This document shows positions 1 through 11,628 of a stretch of 64,000 nt of DNA, in pieces. Positions within the stretch are counted from its first letter, which is position 1, and each line of letters opens with the position of its first letter. The position numbers and the translations under genes were made by a program. The DNA is taken from assembly GCA_964016885.1 (NCBI GenBank), contig OZ024740.1:271498001-271562000 (forward strand), written 5' to 3'. Origin of the DNA: Eledone cirrhosa (Eukaryota). The notes under the pieces are model-generated. The model was not told the origin of the DNA. It worked only from the letters and a program-made list of their open reading frames with translations, and did no database searches.

Positions 1-19
1 ACTTTTTCATTCGCTTCTT

Positions 20-55
20 CTCTGTTGTTTTGTTGCTCATTCTCTCTACTCCCTC

Positions 56-128
<73 letters not shown>

Positions 129-224
129 CTATCTTTCTTTCTTTCTTTCCTTCTTTCTTTCTCGCTTTCTTTCTATCTATCTCTCTCTCTCGCTATGTAT
201 TTATTTATCTTTCTCTCGCTTTCG

Positions 225-255
<31 letters not shown>

Positions 256-327
256 TCTCTCTCTTTCTCTTTGTCTCTCTTTCACTTTCGCTCTCTCTCT
301 CTCTTTCTCTTTGTCTCTCTCTCACTT

Positions 328-368
<41 letters not shown>

Positions 369-495
369 CTTTCGCTTTCCGTCTCTCTCTGTCTCTGTCT
401 CTCTCACTCTCTCTATGTTTCTCTCTCTCTCACTCTCTCTCTCTCCCTCTCTCTCTCTTTCTCTCTCAATCTATCTATCTATTTATCTATTTATC

Positions 496-545
<50 letters not shown>
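20..545. repeat. (CT)n / CT-rich microsatellite
   Basis: Long imperfect ctctct tract; the overlapping Ser/Leu-repeat ORFs are artefacts. Confidence 0.95.
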
Positions 546-547
<2 letters not shown>

Positions 548-602
548 TCACTCACTTTCCCTATATATCTACCTCTAAGTCTTTATCTAACTATTATATA
601 TC

Positions 603-790
603 AATAATTGTTTCTACTTTAGGCACAAGGCCAGCAATTACCCAGTGCATTACTGGTACTTTATTTTATCAACCCCGTAAGGATGAAAGGCAAAGTCAAC
701 CTCGGCGGGATTTGAACTCAGATCGTAAAGGGACGTAACTATGCTGGAAAGCATGGCATCCGACCCTCTACTGATACTGCCAATCCACCG
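603..790 (-). mobile_element. tRNA-derived SINE, family A
   Basis: Minus strand reads cggtggattggcagtatcagtag (A-box-like), gagttcaaatcc (B-box), then core gcctttcatccttacggggttgataaaataaagtaccag; more than 10 copies in the window. Confidence 0.85.
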
Positions 791-933
791 TCAATAATAG
801 ACCTCTACCAGTCTATCCTCTGTCGATACAAACAACATCAAACCATTGAATAGTATCTGTAGTATATTACATAATATATATGATGACATGATAGCATGTT
901 TATGAGCACGTATACATATATATATATATATAT

Positions 934-1127
934 AACGAAGGAAATGTGGTAAGGAACCAGGTGGACCATAACGCACCAAAGTACTCAATACTTGGGGTAG
1001 TAGAGTGGGTAATAGGAACCAGTAAGACCCCGACGGCTGGGCTCAAGCCGTTTCGACGGCTAATTCAGTCCAGAATTAGCCGTCGAAACGGCTTGAGCTC
1101 AGCCGTCGGGGTCTTACTGGTTCCTAT
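934..1127 (-). mobile_element. Fold-back mini-element (PLE 3'-end derivative) in (TA)n
   Basis: Arms 1012-1066 and 1073-1127 are inverted; one arm extends about 78 nt (934-1011); carries hammerhead 3' half GAAACGGC-ttgagctca-GCCGTC-gggg; TA flanks. Confidence 0.75.
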
Positions 1128-1238
1128 ATATATATATATAAAGTTTTACATATATATATATATAAAGTCATAAATATATGTTTTGCAACGGGTCACTTTG
1201 TGGCTCAATGAAGAATTAATAAATTAAATAATCAGAGC

Positions 1239-1943
1239 TATATATCATAAAACATGTCTATAGAATCACCAGATAAAATATATACCGTTTCCTCTCCCAA
1301 TTAGCATAATTAACCATATAAAAATCAATTAGACCAAGCTATAAAAATAAAGGCTCCTATGAAGAAATCTCCGACAAATAACCGAAAGCAGCCCCTTCGC
1401 GGCGGTTGAGATACAATTTTGGCTGTATTGGGCTGCGCTTTCTAGCAAAAAGCCTACCAGCCGTAAGCAACTAATCACATCCTTTCTAACTTGACCGCTG
1501 CCACGTAACGATTCTTAGCCATTTTTGAATGTATTCTTGGCGCGATCACTTTGGAAAATTAATTGTCTAAATTTGAGCTAACTTCCTGAAGAATCCGAAG
1601 CTCTAGATATACAATGTTATCGGAGGTCTTACAATGCGGATGAAACCATGGTAGAGGTAATTAAATATGTACACTTTTCTTCTAGTTTATTTTACACCTA
1701 ATTCTGTTTAGTTGACTGTATATCTGGTCGATTCATACATGCTGTCGAAATATTCGATAAATGATCCGTCGCAACCGCCGCGAAGGGGCTGCTTTCGGTT
1801 ATTTGTCGGAGATTTCTTCATAGGAGCCTTTATTCTTATAGCTTGGTTTAATTGATTTTTTTATATGGTTAATTATGCTAATTGGGAGAGGAAACGGTAT
1901 ATATTTTATCTGGTGATTCTATAGACATGTTTTATGATATATA
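1239..1943 (+). mobile_element. PLE-type non-autonomous element with inverted copy of its 3' end
   Basis: Inverted repeats 1239-1411 and 1769-1943; hammerhead in the spacer; TA flanks. Confidence 0.75.
1581..1658 (+). ncRNA. Type I hammerhead ribozyme with long loop II
   Basis: acttc CTGAAGA atccg-(39 nt)-cggat GAAAC catg GTA gaggt; 5-bp stem I, 5-bp stem II, palindromic stem III ACCATGGT. Confidence 0.75.
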
Positions 1944-1950
1944 TATACAT

Positions 1951-2148
1951 ATAGGGAAAAGTATGACCCCGACGGTAGAGCTCAAGTCGTTTCGACGGCT
2001 ATTTCTGGACTGAATTTAGTCCAGAAATAGCCGTCGAAACGGCTTGAGCTCTACCGTCGGGGTCTTACTTTTTCCTATTACCCACTTTACTACTCTAAGT
2101 ATTAAGTACTCTGGTGCGTTATCGTCCATCTGGTTCCATCTCCTTCGT
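1951..2148 (+). mobile_element. Fold-back mini-element, same family as 934-1127
   Basis: Palindrome 1951-2078 centred at 2014/2015, plus tail 2079-2148 homologous to the reverse complement of 934-1011; TA flanks. Confidence 0.75.
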
Positions 2149-2166
2149 ATGTATATATATATATAT

Positions 2167-2794
2167 ATACAAATATAAATTAGCGAGAATCGAATATCAG
2201 CTCAGGAATTAACGAAAAATACTTCCGAGTTGTGTGGCAAGCGCTCGATAATTCATATGAATTAGAGCTACAACATACGTTAAAGCCCAAACACACTGAG
2301 ATGGTGGTTAAACTAATCATCCGCATAGCCAAAAAAAACGATCAAGCAATTCGGGTCAAACAAATAAAAATATATGTGATTGAAAATTTACCCGGACCCC
2401 TGGAGATGGTAAAATCCAGTATTTGGGTTTCTGCGACTCCATAAATCAATTACTGTCCGCTTACATAAATAATGTTAGGCTTCTGGTAAGATGACTGAAC
2501 AAGGAAGCCACTTTTTCAGCGGGTTTCTGCTCAAATGCTATACATAAGTGTGACTATTACTGACCCCCTACGTGGAGTTCAGCAAGGAAGGCAACACCTA
2601 TATTAGGCGAATGAATTCAGTTGTGTATAATATTGCGAGATTGCAAAATATCACAAATCGAATAAAGCTCTCGACAGAATGGTTAAATATAACAAAGCTA
2701 TTGATCAGTCAATAGAATCAACCAAAAAAAATCGATAAAATTAACTGGCCAATAGCTAGACTCTGGAGATTAATACAAATATAAATTAGCGAGA

Positions 2795-2799
<5 letters not shown>
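2167..2799. repeat. (TA)n-embedded unit with 27-bp terminal direct repeat
   Basis: atacaaatataaattagcgagaatcga at 2167-2193 and 2773-2799. Confidence 0.6.
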
Positions 2800-2847
<48 letters not shown>

Positions 2848-3129
2848 GGAGGTGAGTTTTATTGTAGCACAATAAAGCAATGCAAGTATCGGATAAGTAG
2901 ATATGTTGATTTAAACTTCACTATTCACAAGTGCTTTTTAAGCTTCATATAATGTATCCCTATTTTATCTGATGAGAATGCAGATATCATCCGATGATGA
3001 TATTTGTTTTTGAAATGCGCATAATAAAATACTTGGAACTCTTTTAACCATCTTGTGATCTTATATTATATATATATATACAATGATATTAAATAAATCG
3101 AAATTATATTTATAAAACCATATTTATTC

Positions 3130-3182
3130 TATTATATATATTTCAAAAGTACCAAAATTTTGGTACGCTTTCATCAGATAAA
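3130..3182 (-). ncRNA. Possible type I hammerhead motif
   Basis: Minus strand: tat CTGATGA aagcgtaccaaaattttggtactttt GAAA tata TA ata; long stem II, weak AT-only stem I. Confidence 0.4.
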
Positions 3183-3263
3183 ATACAAAGTTTGTTTTAT
3201 AAATTTTGACATAACCAAGAAAAGATACCTTAACGGTTCAAGTTTTCCTTATATATATATATA

Positions 3264-3335
3264 CAGTGTCCCAAAAAATATATACACATATTTATTGGAA
3301 TTCTGTTGAAGTGTGTATACATTTTTGGGGACACC

Positions 3336-3338
<3 letters not shown>
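3264..3338. mobile_element. Tc1/mariner-type MITE
   Basis: Termini cag(tg)tgtcccaaaaa and tttttggggacaccctg, flanked by TA. Confidence 0.6.
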
Positions 3339-3375
<37 letters not shown>

Positions 3376-3419
3376 CGTGAGTCTTTAACTACGTTTTTTT
3401 ATTTGATATATATACAGTA

Positions 3420-3515
<96 letters not shown>

Positions 3516-3519
3516 TGTA

Positions 3520-4390
3520 TCCCTCGACTATATATTGAGAAAAGCCCTGGACGAAAACTTAGAGCTTGGTTTCACTCTCACAAAGCGAAAGTGTAGACGC
3601 CATGCAGCTCAGAGAATTACCGATGCTGACCATGCGGATGATTTAGCGGTCCTCGCTGACTACCTTAAGGATGCAACATCACTACTTCACAGCATCGAAT
3701 CAGTTGCAAAGGAAATCGGACTCTATGTCAACGCAGGCAAAACGGAATATATTTGCCTGAACCAAGACTCCTCAGTTGGTATGCGAAGTCTAAACGGCGA
3801 TATAATGAAGCAAGTTGACGACTTCAAATGCCTGGGTAGCTATATCGCCTCCACAGAACATGATGTTAACATCAGACTGGGAAAAGCCTGGGGAGCATTG
3901 AATGCAATGGAAAAGATATGAAAATCAAACCTGCCGGCCAAACTGAAAAGGAATTTCTTCAAAGCTGCTGTGGAATCTGTGCTTGTTTATGGCTCTATCA
4001 CTTGGACGCTAACGTCGAAACTGGAGAAAAAGCTAGACGGGGCATACACACGTATGCTCCGCGCTGCTTTAAACGTGTCTTGGAGGGAACACCCAACAAA
4101 TAAGGATCTCTATGGCAATATACCACCTATCAGCAGGTCAATACGTGGACAGAGACTCAGATTTGCTGGCCACTGTTGGCGCAGCAAGGAAGAAATAGCA
4201 GGTGATGTGTTGTTATGGAGTCCATCTCATGGAGCAAGAAACGCTGGTCGTCCCAAGAAGACATACGTCAAGCAACTTGAGGACGATACTGGATGCATTG
4301 CAGAAGAACTGGCAAACGCTATGAGAGACAGAGATGGATGGAGGAAACGTGTCGTAGAAAGCCGAGCAAGCTCGACCTTATGATGATGAT
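3520..4390 (+). mobile_element. 5'-truncated RTE-clade LINE (RT C-terminal half)
   Basis: DADHADDLA and LGSYI motifs, [30 protein letters not shown]; premature TGA at 3919-3921; (TGA)n tail. Confidence 0.85.
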
Positions 4391-4440
4391 GTATGTATAT
4401 ATATATATATAGGGTGTCCCTCTATATACACATACATATA

Positions 4441-4496
4441 AAAGATTCGGGACTGCGACGGCCGAGCTCCTGCCGTTTCAACAGCTAGATTCGAAC
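4441..4496 (-). mobile_element. Inverted PLE 3'-end fragment with hammerhead 3' half
   Basis: Reverse complement reads gaatctagctgttGAAACGGCaggagctcgGCCGTC; homologous to 28826-28870. Confidence 0.6.
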
Positions 4497-4599
4497 TATA
4501 CATACATACATGCATACATAAATACATACATACATACTTAACATACTTAACTCCTCTATTAAAGGATTCAAAACAAGTAGTAAAATTATTGTACATGCA

Positions 4600-7030
4600 G
4601 ATAAAACTAATAACATATACAGCCTAGATTATGATACATAGAAAATGTATATTTAAAGAACTACACAGGAGCTATAAGAAAACTACTATTAAAAACCTAG
4701 AAGATATTAATTTGGAAGGCCGTAATATAGTGTCCAAATTGGGACTTCAGAGACATACACAACCATACACCCCTAACTCCCTAGATTCTCTCTGAAAGAC
4801 CATAAGGAAGATTTCAGTAGTAACCCTTCGATTAGACTAATCTGCCCTTCCAAATCTGACATTGGCATTATCAGTAAGAACATTTTAGATAAAATCATCC
4901 CACAGATTAAGCACAAAATATACCTTAAACAGTGGGGAAATACAGATGAAGTTATTGAATGGTTTAAGGATATTAAAGAGAACAAAAATAAAAAATGTAT
5001 TCAGTTTGATATCAATTCATGCTACACCTCTATTTCCCCTATCCTATTAAATAAAGCACTCATTATGGCCATGAACAATAGTGACCTGACTAAATCCTAG
5101 ATTGATGTCATACTTGCAGCCCGTAAAAACACATAGTTACAACATCATTTCCCACAATATGACCATGAGGAAAAATAGTAATAAGAATAATAACCACACT
5201 CACACTAATACGAAGGGTAGCATCAAACGTAACTCACACCAGAGAAGTCACCAAAATACTATAAACGGAAATACCTCAATAGATATAAAAAACAAAAATA
5301 GAAGAAGAACTAATGTATTTTTCAATCCCCCTTTCAATCTAAACGTCTCTACCAACCTACCTAAGGCTTTCTTCTCAATCCTGGATAAACCTTCCCATCT
5401 GGCCACAAGTACCATAGTCTTATAAATAAGAACACCATTAAAATCTCCTACTCTACCACACCTAACATAGCATACCACATAGCTAGTAGCAATAAAAGAA
5501 AGATTAATACTTACTTTCAACAAACTAAAACACAGCAGGGGTAAACTTTCAAAACAACATAATAACTGCAAACCCTGATAACAATAGTAATAATAGTAAT
5601 AACACTAATGAAATCAATAGCATTAGGAACGACAACCTTCATAGCCCTAATGCAATACCTAGCAACCAGACTTCTACACAACATAATAACCGACAAGATA
5701 ACATCCAAAATAAATGTAACTGTAGATCTAATAGAACCTGCCCTTTAGGTAAAAACTACTTAATCAAGGACATCATTTACTCATGCACGGTCAACACTAA
5801 CAACTGTTCTGAAACCTATATAGGCTCTACTTCGAACTGCTTCAAAACGAGATACAACTCGCATCTCCATTCTTTCAAAAAACACAATCTAGCCAACTCC
5901 ACTTCACTATCTAGCTACATACACTATCTGAAAACTAGGAATAGAACATATACACTTCAATGGGAAGTGGTAGGTAGGGCTGCATCGTATAAACCACCTA
6001 ATAAATTCTGTAACCTCTGTCTACTAGAGACCCTTTTCGAATCTTAACCTCCTTAATAAAAAAATCGGAAGTGTTTGCATCGTGCCAACACCGCTTCCGA
6101 CACTCTTTCCAAAGCTTTAACCCTAGTATATAACAATGTCAGATTTGAACTCATCACCACTTTTAGCACTTCACCTCAAGGTCTTGCCTTCCACCACTAC
6201 ACCACACTCTTTGATCCACCCTTTCCTCTACACAAATCATTCTATCTATAACTTTATACCCTGGAAATATCCTTAAAATCACCACCTTTTAATATAATTA
6301 CTTTAGATTACTTATAATTATATAGTGATTGAAATATAATACAATTTATATAAACTTTAAATATTAGATACAACAATGAATTATATATGCATTTGTAATT
6401 AATCTATAAATTAATAACATTGGGTATATATAGGATTAATTTATTAACATAAGGGATTTGTCTAACTTATATGTAATGTGGAACAATGAATTATATATGA
6501 ATTATATATGCATTTATAACTAAATAGATAGATTAATAACATTGTATATGGGGGATGAATTTGCTTACTCAAGAGATTATCTAATTTATCATGCAAACAG
6601 CTGTACGCTGTTCCATAGCTTACCAAGGATTAGGTAGACAAAAATCTAATTGAACCTTTAATATGTTTTGAGAGTAGACAGTATTTAAGGTTAATTTGAT
6701 ATAAATTAGCACTATATCAATTATAGCACTATATAATAATGAGTAAACAACTTCCTATTGAAACCTTTAATACATTATGAGAGAGTAGACTGTATTTAAA
6801 ATTAAATATAAATATATAACCTTTTATATAAGGGACTCAATTAGAGCAATGAATTTAGTTATGAGAATCAGCTAGTTACCTCCCCTTACGCATTAGCTCC
6901 CCTTAATTACATACCTACTTCCGGATATTAAACCGCTGTAAATCCTCGCAGCCGAAAGAACCTAGTCTATAAATATGGATTAAATAACACTGAGTTTCAA
7001 TGCGTTACAATCCTTTACTACAACAAACAT
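4600..7030 (+). pseudogene. Degenerate Penelope-like retroelement (RT fragment, GIY-YIG endonuclease, 3' UTR)
   Basis: LKDHKEDF..RLICPSKSDIG, IQFDINSCYTSI, FFNPPFN, CNC..CPLG..IIYSCTV..YIGSTSNCFKTRYNSH, CNLCLLE, LNKKSE..CQH; stops, frameshifts and an internal deletion; boundaries approximate. Confidence 0.8.
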
Positions 7031-7710
7031 TCAATACAAATACATCGTAACATATGTGATGAATGTAAAAACTATAACTTCCTTTTTCTGGATGTGAAAA
7101 TGGTGGCGGATATGAAAACTATAACTTTCTTTTTCTGCACACATACTAATTCGATCTATACAGAAAATACCCTCGCACTGCAACCACCATAATACTCTTG
7201 CATACCCGCTTAAAGTGCTTGTATTACATGTAATACCTTGCCACACAATACTCATATATAAATGACACATTTGCTTGCTCCATATATGGACTATCGCATA
7301 CACTATCTATTTGATCTGATTATTAGACTATTCTCTTGCATTATCTGTGTTATCTGTCGCATGTATTTTAATCTTGTTTTTAAATTTTGATTTTGATTTG
7401 AATTACTGTACAAATATAGTATAGTATAATATATGTCACATCAACTCCACACTGTACATCAATATATATATATGTATCTGTATGTCTCTTGCGTTGGGTA
7501 GGAGGTCAATTATATGTACAAACATTAAAAATGCTCCGAAGACTCCAGGTCTAGGTTTGGAAGAAACAATTGTCAGCGAATAAATGTTTTGAACATAGCT
7601 TTGATTCTTGTGAATTCTATACATACATACATAAATACATACATACATACATACATACATACATACATACATACATACATACATACATACATACATACAT
7701 ACATACATAC

Positions 7711-8180
7711 AATACTGGTGGAACCTGAAAATAAAAACTGCCACCAAATTAAAGCACAACCGGCCTGATATTGTAGTTTGGGACCACACATTGAAAACGT
7801 GTTCTGTTGTGGAGATCAGCTGCCCTCTTGATGTAAACGTTGTCAGAAAAATACAGGAGAAGGAGGACATCTACGGACCATTGATGAGGAGTTTACAAAT
7901 CCAGTATCCAAGATACACCTTTAGCTTCATACCCATCATTATTGGTGCTACGGGTTATATACCAACCCGCTTGGACCAAAGTATGACTGAACTTGGATTT
8001 GCGGACAAAAAGCGCAGCTCCCTAATTCATAGTCTGCAAATGGCTGCGATAGCTGGCACCTTCAAACTTTGCAAAACATTCTTGCGATTCAAGGGATGAC
8101 AATTTCTTTTCTTTTACAACCTTGCCACCAGGAAGGTGGCCGGTCAAAAAAATATACTCGAAATTAAGAGAAAGAGAAAA
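7711..8180 (+). mobile_element. 3' fragment of RLE-type (R4/NeSL-like) non-LTR retrotransposon
   Basis: HNRPDIVVWD..VVEISCPLD..IPIIIGATG restriction-like endonuclease motifs; (CATA)n on both sides. Confidence 0.8.
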
Positions 8181-8257
8181 CATACATACATACATACATA
8201 CATACATACATACATACATACATACATACATACATACATACATACATACATACATAC

Positions 8258-11200
8258 GAAAAACCATAAGATATGTGACTGCTCCTTACATGCAAACAAA
8301 CACAAAAAAACCTCACTCCTCACCAACAAAGAGTGAAAAATAAAATAGAGACGATGTTTGGTAACAGTAGAACCAGAACTCTTCAATATAAGCTGATCAC
8401 CCTCAAACAAAAATTGAGAGCTGTTAGCGAAAAACGCCGATACCTGAAGAAGGTAGATGAGAGAAAAGTGCTTAAAAGATTCAGACGAAACCAAACATCA
8501 GTCTATAGAGATATGAAGAACAAAATAATAAGTGTCACTGAGGCCCCATCCCAGAAAGACATAGATTCCTTTTGAAAAAAAATATGGGGTGAAAAGAAGA
8601 ATTTCAACCAAGATGCAGTGTGGCTAAGAGAAATCCGAAAGAACTATTGCTCCTACACTACAACAAAAACATACGAAATAAGTGAGGGTACCCTTGATAC
8701 TGTGATAGGAAAACTCCAAGATAAGAAAACACCAGGAAGAGACATGATTGTCGGCTACTGGTACAAAAAAACTGATATTCTGTCGGAGGTATCTTACTGA
8801 CTTCTACCAACAAGTTCTCAAGGAGATACAGTCATACCAGAATGGTTGACATTAGCACAAATATTACTGGTCCTCAAGAACAAAGACACCCACTTGGCAA
8901 AAAACTACCGACCCATTGCATGCCAGAACCTGATGTATAAGATGTATACAGCCTGCCTGAACCTATTCCTCCAAGATCACTGTGAAAATAATAACATCAT
9001 CACAGATGAACAAGCAGCTGGAAAGAAAGGGGTTTTGGGATGTGCTGAACAACTCCTAATCAACAAAACTGCGATGTCGGAGGTGCGACAACTTAGAAGG
9101 AATATGGCTACAGTCTGGCTGGACTACAGGAAAGCTTTCGATTCTGTTCCCCACTCTTGGATGATAGAGGCCCTCCAACTTGCTAAAGTCCCAGACATTA
9201 TTGTCAGAGCCATAGAGAGGCTGTTTTATTCTTGGGCTACTATCCTAAGAGAGGGAGGACTCCATTTTCACTGATAAAATAAAATATTGCAGGGGTATAT
9301 TTGAGGGGGACAGTCTCTCTGTGATATTATTCATCTTGTCATTAAACCCCTTGTCCTTTCTGCTCAAGAAATGTGAGGGATACATCATTGGCTCACAGGA
9401 GGACAGAAAAACGAACCTAACCCATAATTTATTTGTGGATGATCTGAAACTCTATGCCAAGAACATGGATGGGATGAAGAAAAATCTTGACCTGGTTACA
9501 ACGTTCTAAAAGGATATAGAAATGGAGTTTGGCCAAGATAAATGCTCATACATGACTGTAAAGCGGGGAAAAACAACAACCCAATCTAGCAACATTGTCA
9601 TCAATGGCCTAACTGTTTCACCGATAGCTGATGAGGACTGCTACAGATACCTGGGGATAGATGAGAACATATCCTATAATGGTATCTGTAATAAAGAACG
9701 CGCAACCAAGGAATACTACACCCGATTAAGAAAGATCTGGTCATCGGAACTCTCTGCGCAAAACAAAACAGTGGCTCACAATGTGTTTGCTATGCCTGTT
9801 CTAACACCAACGTTTGGAATACTCAATTGGACGATAGACGAAATCCGAGCAGTTGATGTTGGAACTCGAAAAATACTAAACAACACCGGAAACTTCCACA
9901 TCAACAGTGACATAGGCCGTCTTTACTTGAACGGTAAGCAGGGAGGCAGAGGCCTAACTTCAGTCCAGACAACATTTGAATGTCGCATCATATCTCTCCG
10001 ACAACATCTACGAACCTCGAAGCGTAGGAGCCCGTTTCTCGAGCAAGTCTATCTGCATGAAACAGATAAGATCATGAGAGTTGGGAAGGAACTCCTCAAG
10101 AGATATTCCCTGTGTGATAATCAAAAACTCACACCCAGGGATGTCGCTCAGCAGTATCGCAGTGAATCCGTGGATGAAAAACTGCATGCTTATCAGCAAA
10201 AAATCATGCATGGATATGTTGCCAGGAAGCTCCAGAGTGAGAGTAATATAGATAAGGAAAGTAGTCTATCTTGGACCAACAACCGCTATATTGGCTCCCA
10301 CTTTGAAGGATACGCTTTTGCAATCCAAGAACAGGAGATTAACACGAAATACCTGATTCACAAAAGGGATAGGGATACAGGCAAAACACCTAGATGTGAT
10401 AACAAGTGCAAACTCTGCAGAACTAACATCGAGGATATCACCCATGTCATCAGCAGCTGTTCAAAGATGTCATCGCGGTACTATCTACCTATGAGGCATG
10501 ATGTAGTGGCCAAAACACTGTACAATGCAGTTCGTAAAAAAAATAGCCTCGATAATAAACACATTAAAAGCTACAGCAATGTGGAAGACATCCATGTACA
10601 TAATATGAAAGAGTACTGGTGGAATGTTCCAGTAAAAACCCCAATAAAATGCAGGCATAACAGACCAGATATTATGATATGGGACAGGGAGAAGAAAACA
10701 TGCGCAGTAGTGGAAATTAGCTGCCCAGCAGATGCCAATATAATATCAAAGATTAGCGAATAGGGGAATATTTATGCAGAACTGATGAGAAATCTGCAGA
10801 TACTCCATCCTGATTACACCTTCAGATTTATGCCTGTGATTATTGGGGCACTGGGGTATGTTAGTAACTGCCTCAATACAAATCTTGAGAAGGTAGGCTT
10901 CACAGGAACAGAAAGAACACAACTAGTTAGGAAATTACAAGTACAATCCATTAATGAAACAGTAAAAATATGTAAAACATTCCAAAGATTTTGCATCTAA
11001 TAACTGCATATACACATGTACAGATGCAAAGCATATACACATGCACACATACAACTCAAAACATACACATCCACACATACAATAACATCCTTATCTACAC
11101 ATGCATACATAATCTACCTAGTTGATGTTGTGTAAATTCCAATGAGAGAGTCCTGTGTCTATGTTAGAAACCGACTCTCTCTTTATTGGGAAAAAATTTG

Positions 11201-11499
11201 TGAAATTATAAAACCAGAAGAACATACATACATACATACAAGCATATACACATGCACACTTACAACTCAAAACATACACATCTACACATACAATAACATC
11301 CATATCTACACATGCATGCATGCAGACATGCATACATATCTACCTAGTTAATGTTGTGTAAATTCCAATGAGAGTCTTGTGTCTATGTTAGAAACCGACT
11401 CTCTCTCTCTCTATTGGTAAAAATTTGTGAAATTATAAAACCAGAAGAACACGATGGCTGCCCCCTCGTTATTGAGTATGGCCATTGCACGAAAAAAAA
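8258..11499 (+). pseudogene. Disrupted RLE-type (R4/NeSL-like) non-LTR retrotransposon: RT, CCHC finger, RLE
   Basis: NYRPIAC, WLDYRKAFDSVPH, FVDDLKLY, YRYLG, CKLC..HVISSC, RHD, RPDI..VEISCP; several stops and frameshifts; preceded by (CATA)n and ends A-run then catacata. Confidence 0.9.
11032..11451 (+). repeat. Tandem duplication (about 210-225 bp) in the RLE element 3' UTR
   Basis: catatacacatgcacac...aaaccagaagaaca at 11032-11224 and 11243-11451. Confidence 0.75.
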
Positions 11500-11628
11500 C
11501 ATACATAATAATAAGAATAATAAGAATAATAACAACAATAATAATAACGACAACAACAATAATAATATACATATATATATACACACACACACAAACATAT
11601 CTATACACACACACACACACGATAGCAA

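Noticed and set aside
25-738. Long ORFs of SL, YI, MYVC and HT repeats here and across the window
   Set aside because: Translations of (CT)n, (TA)n, (CATA)n and (CA)n microsatellites
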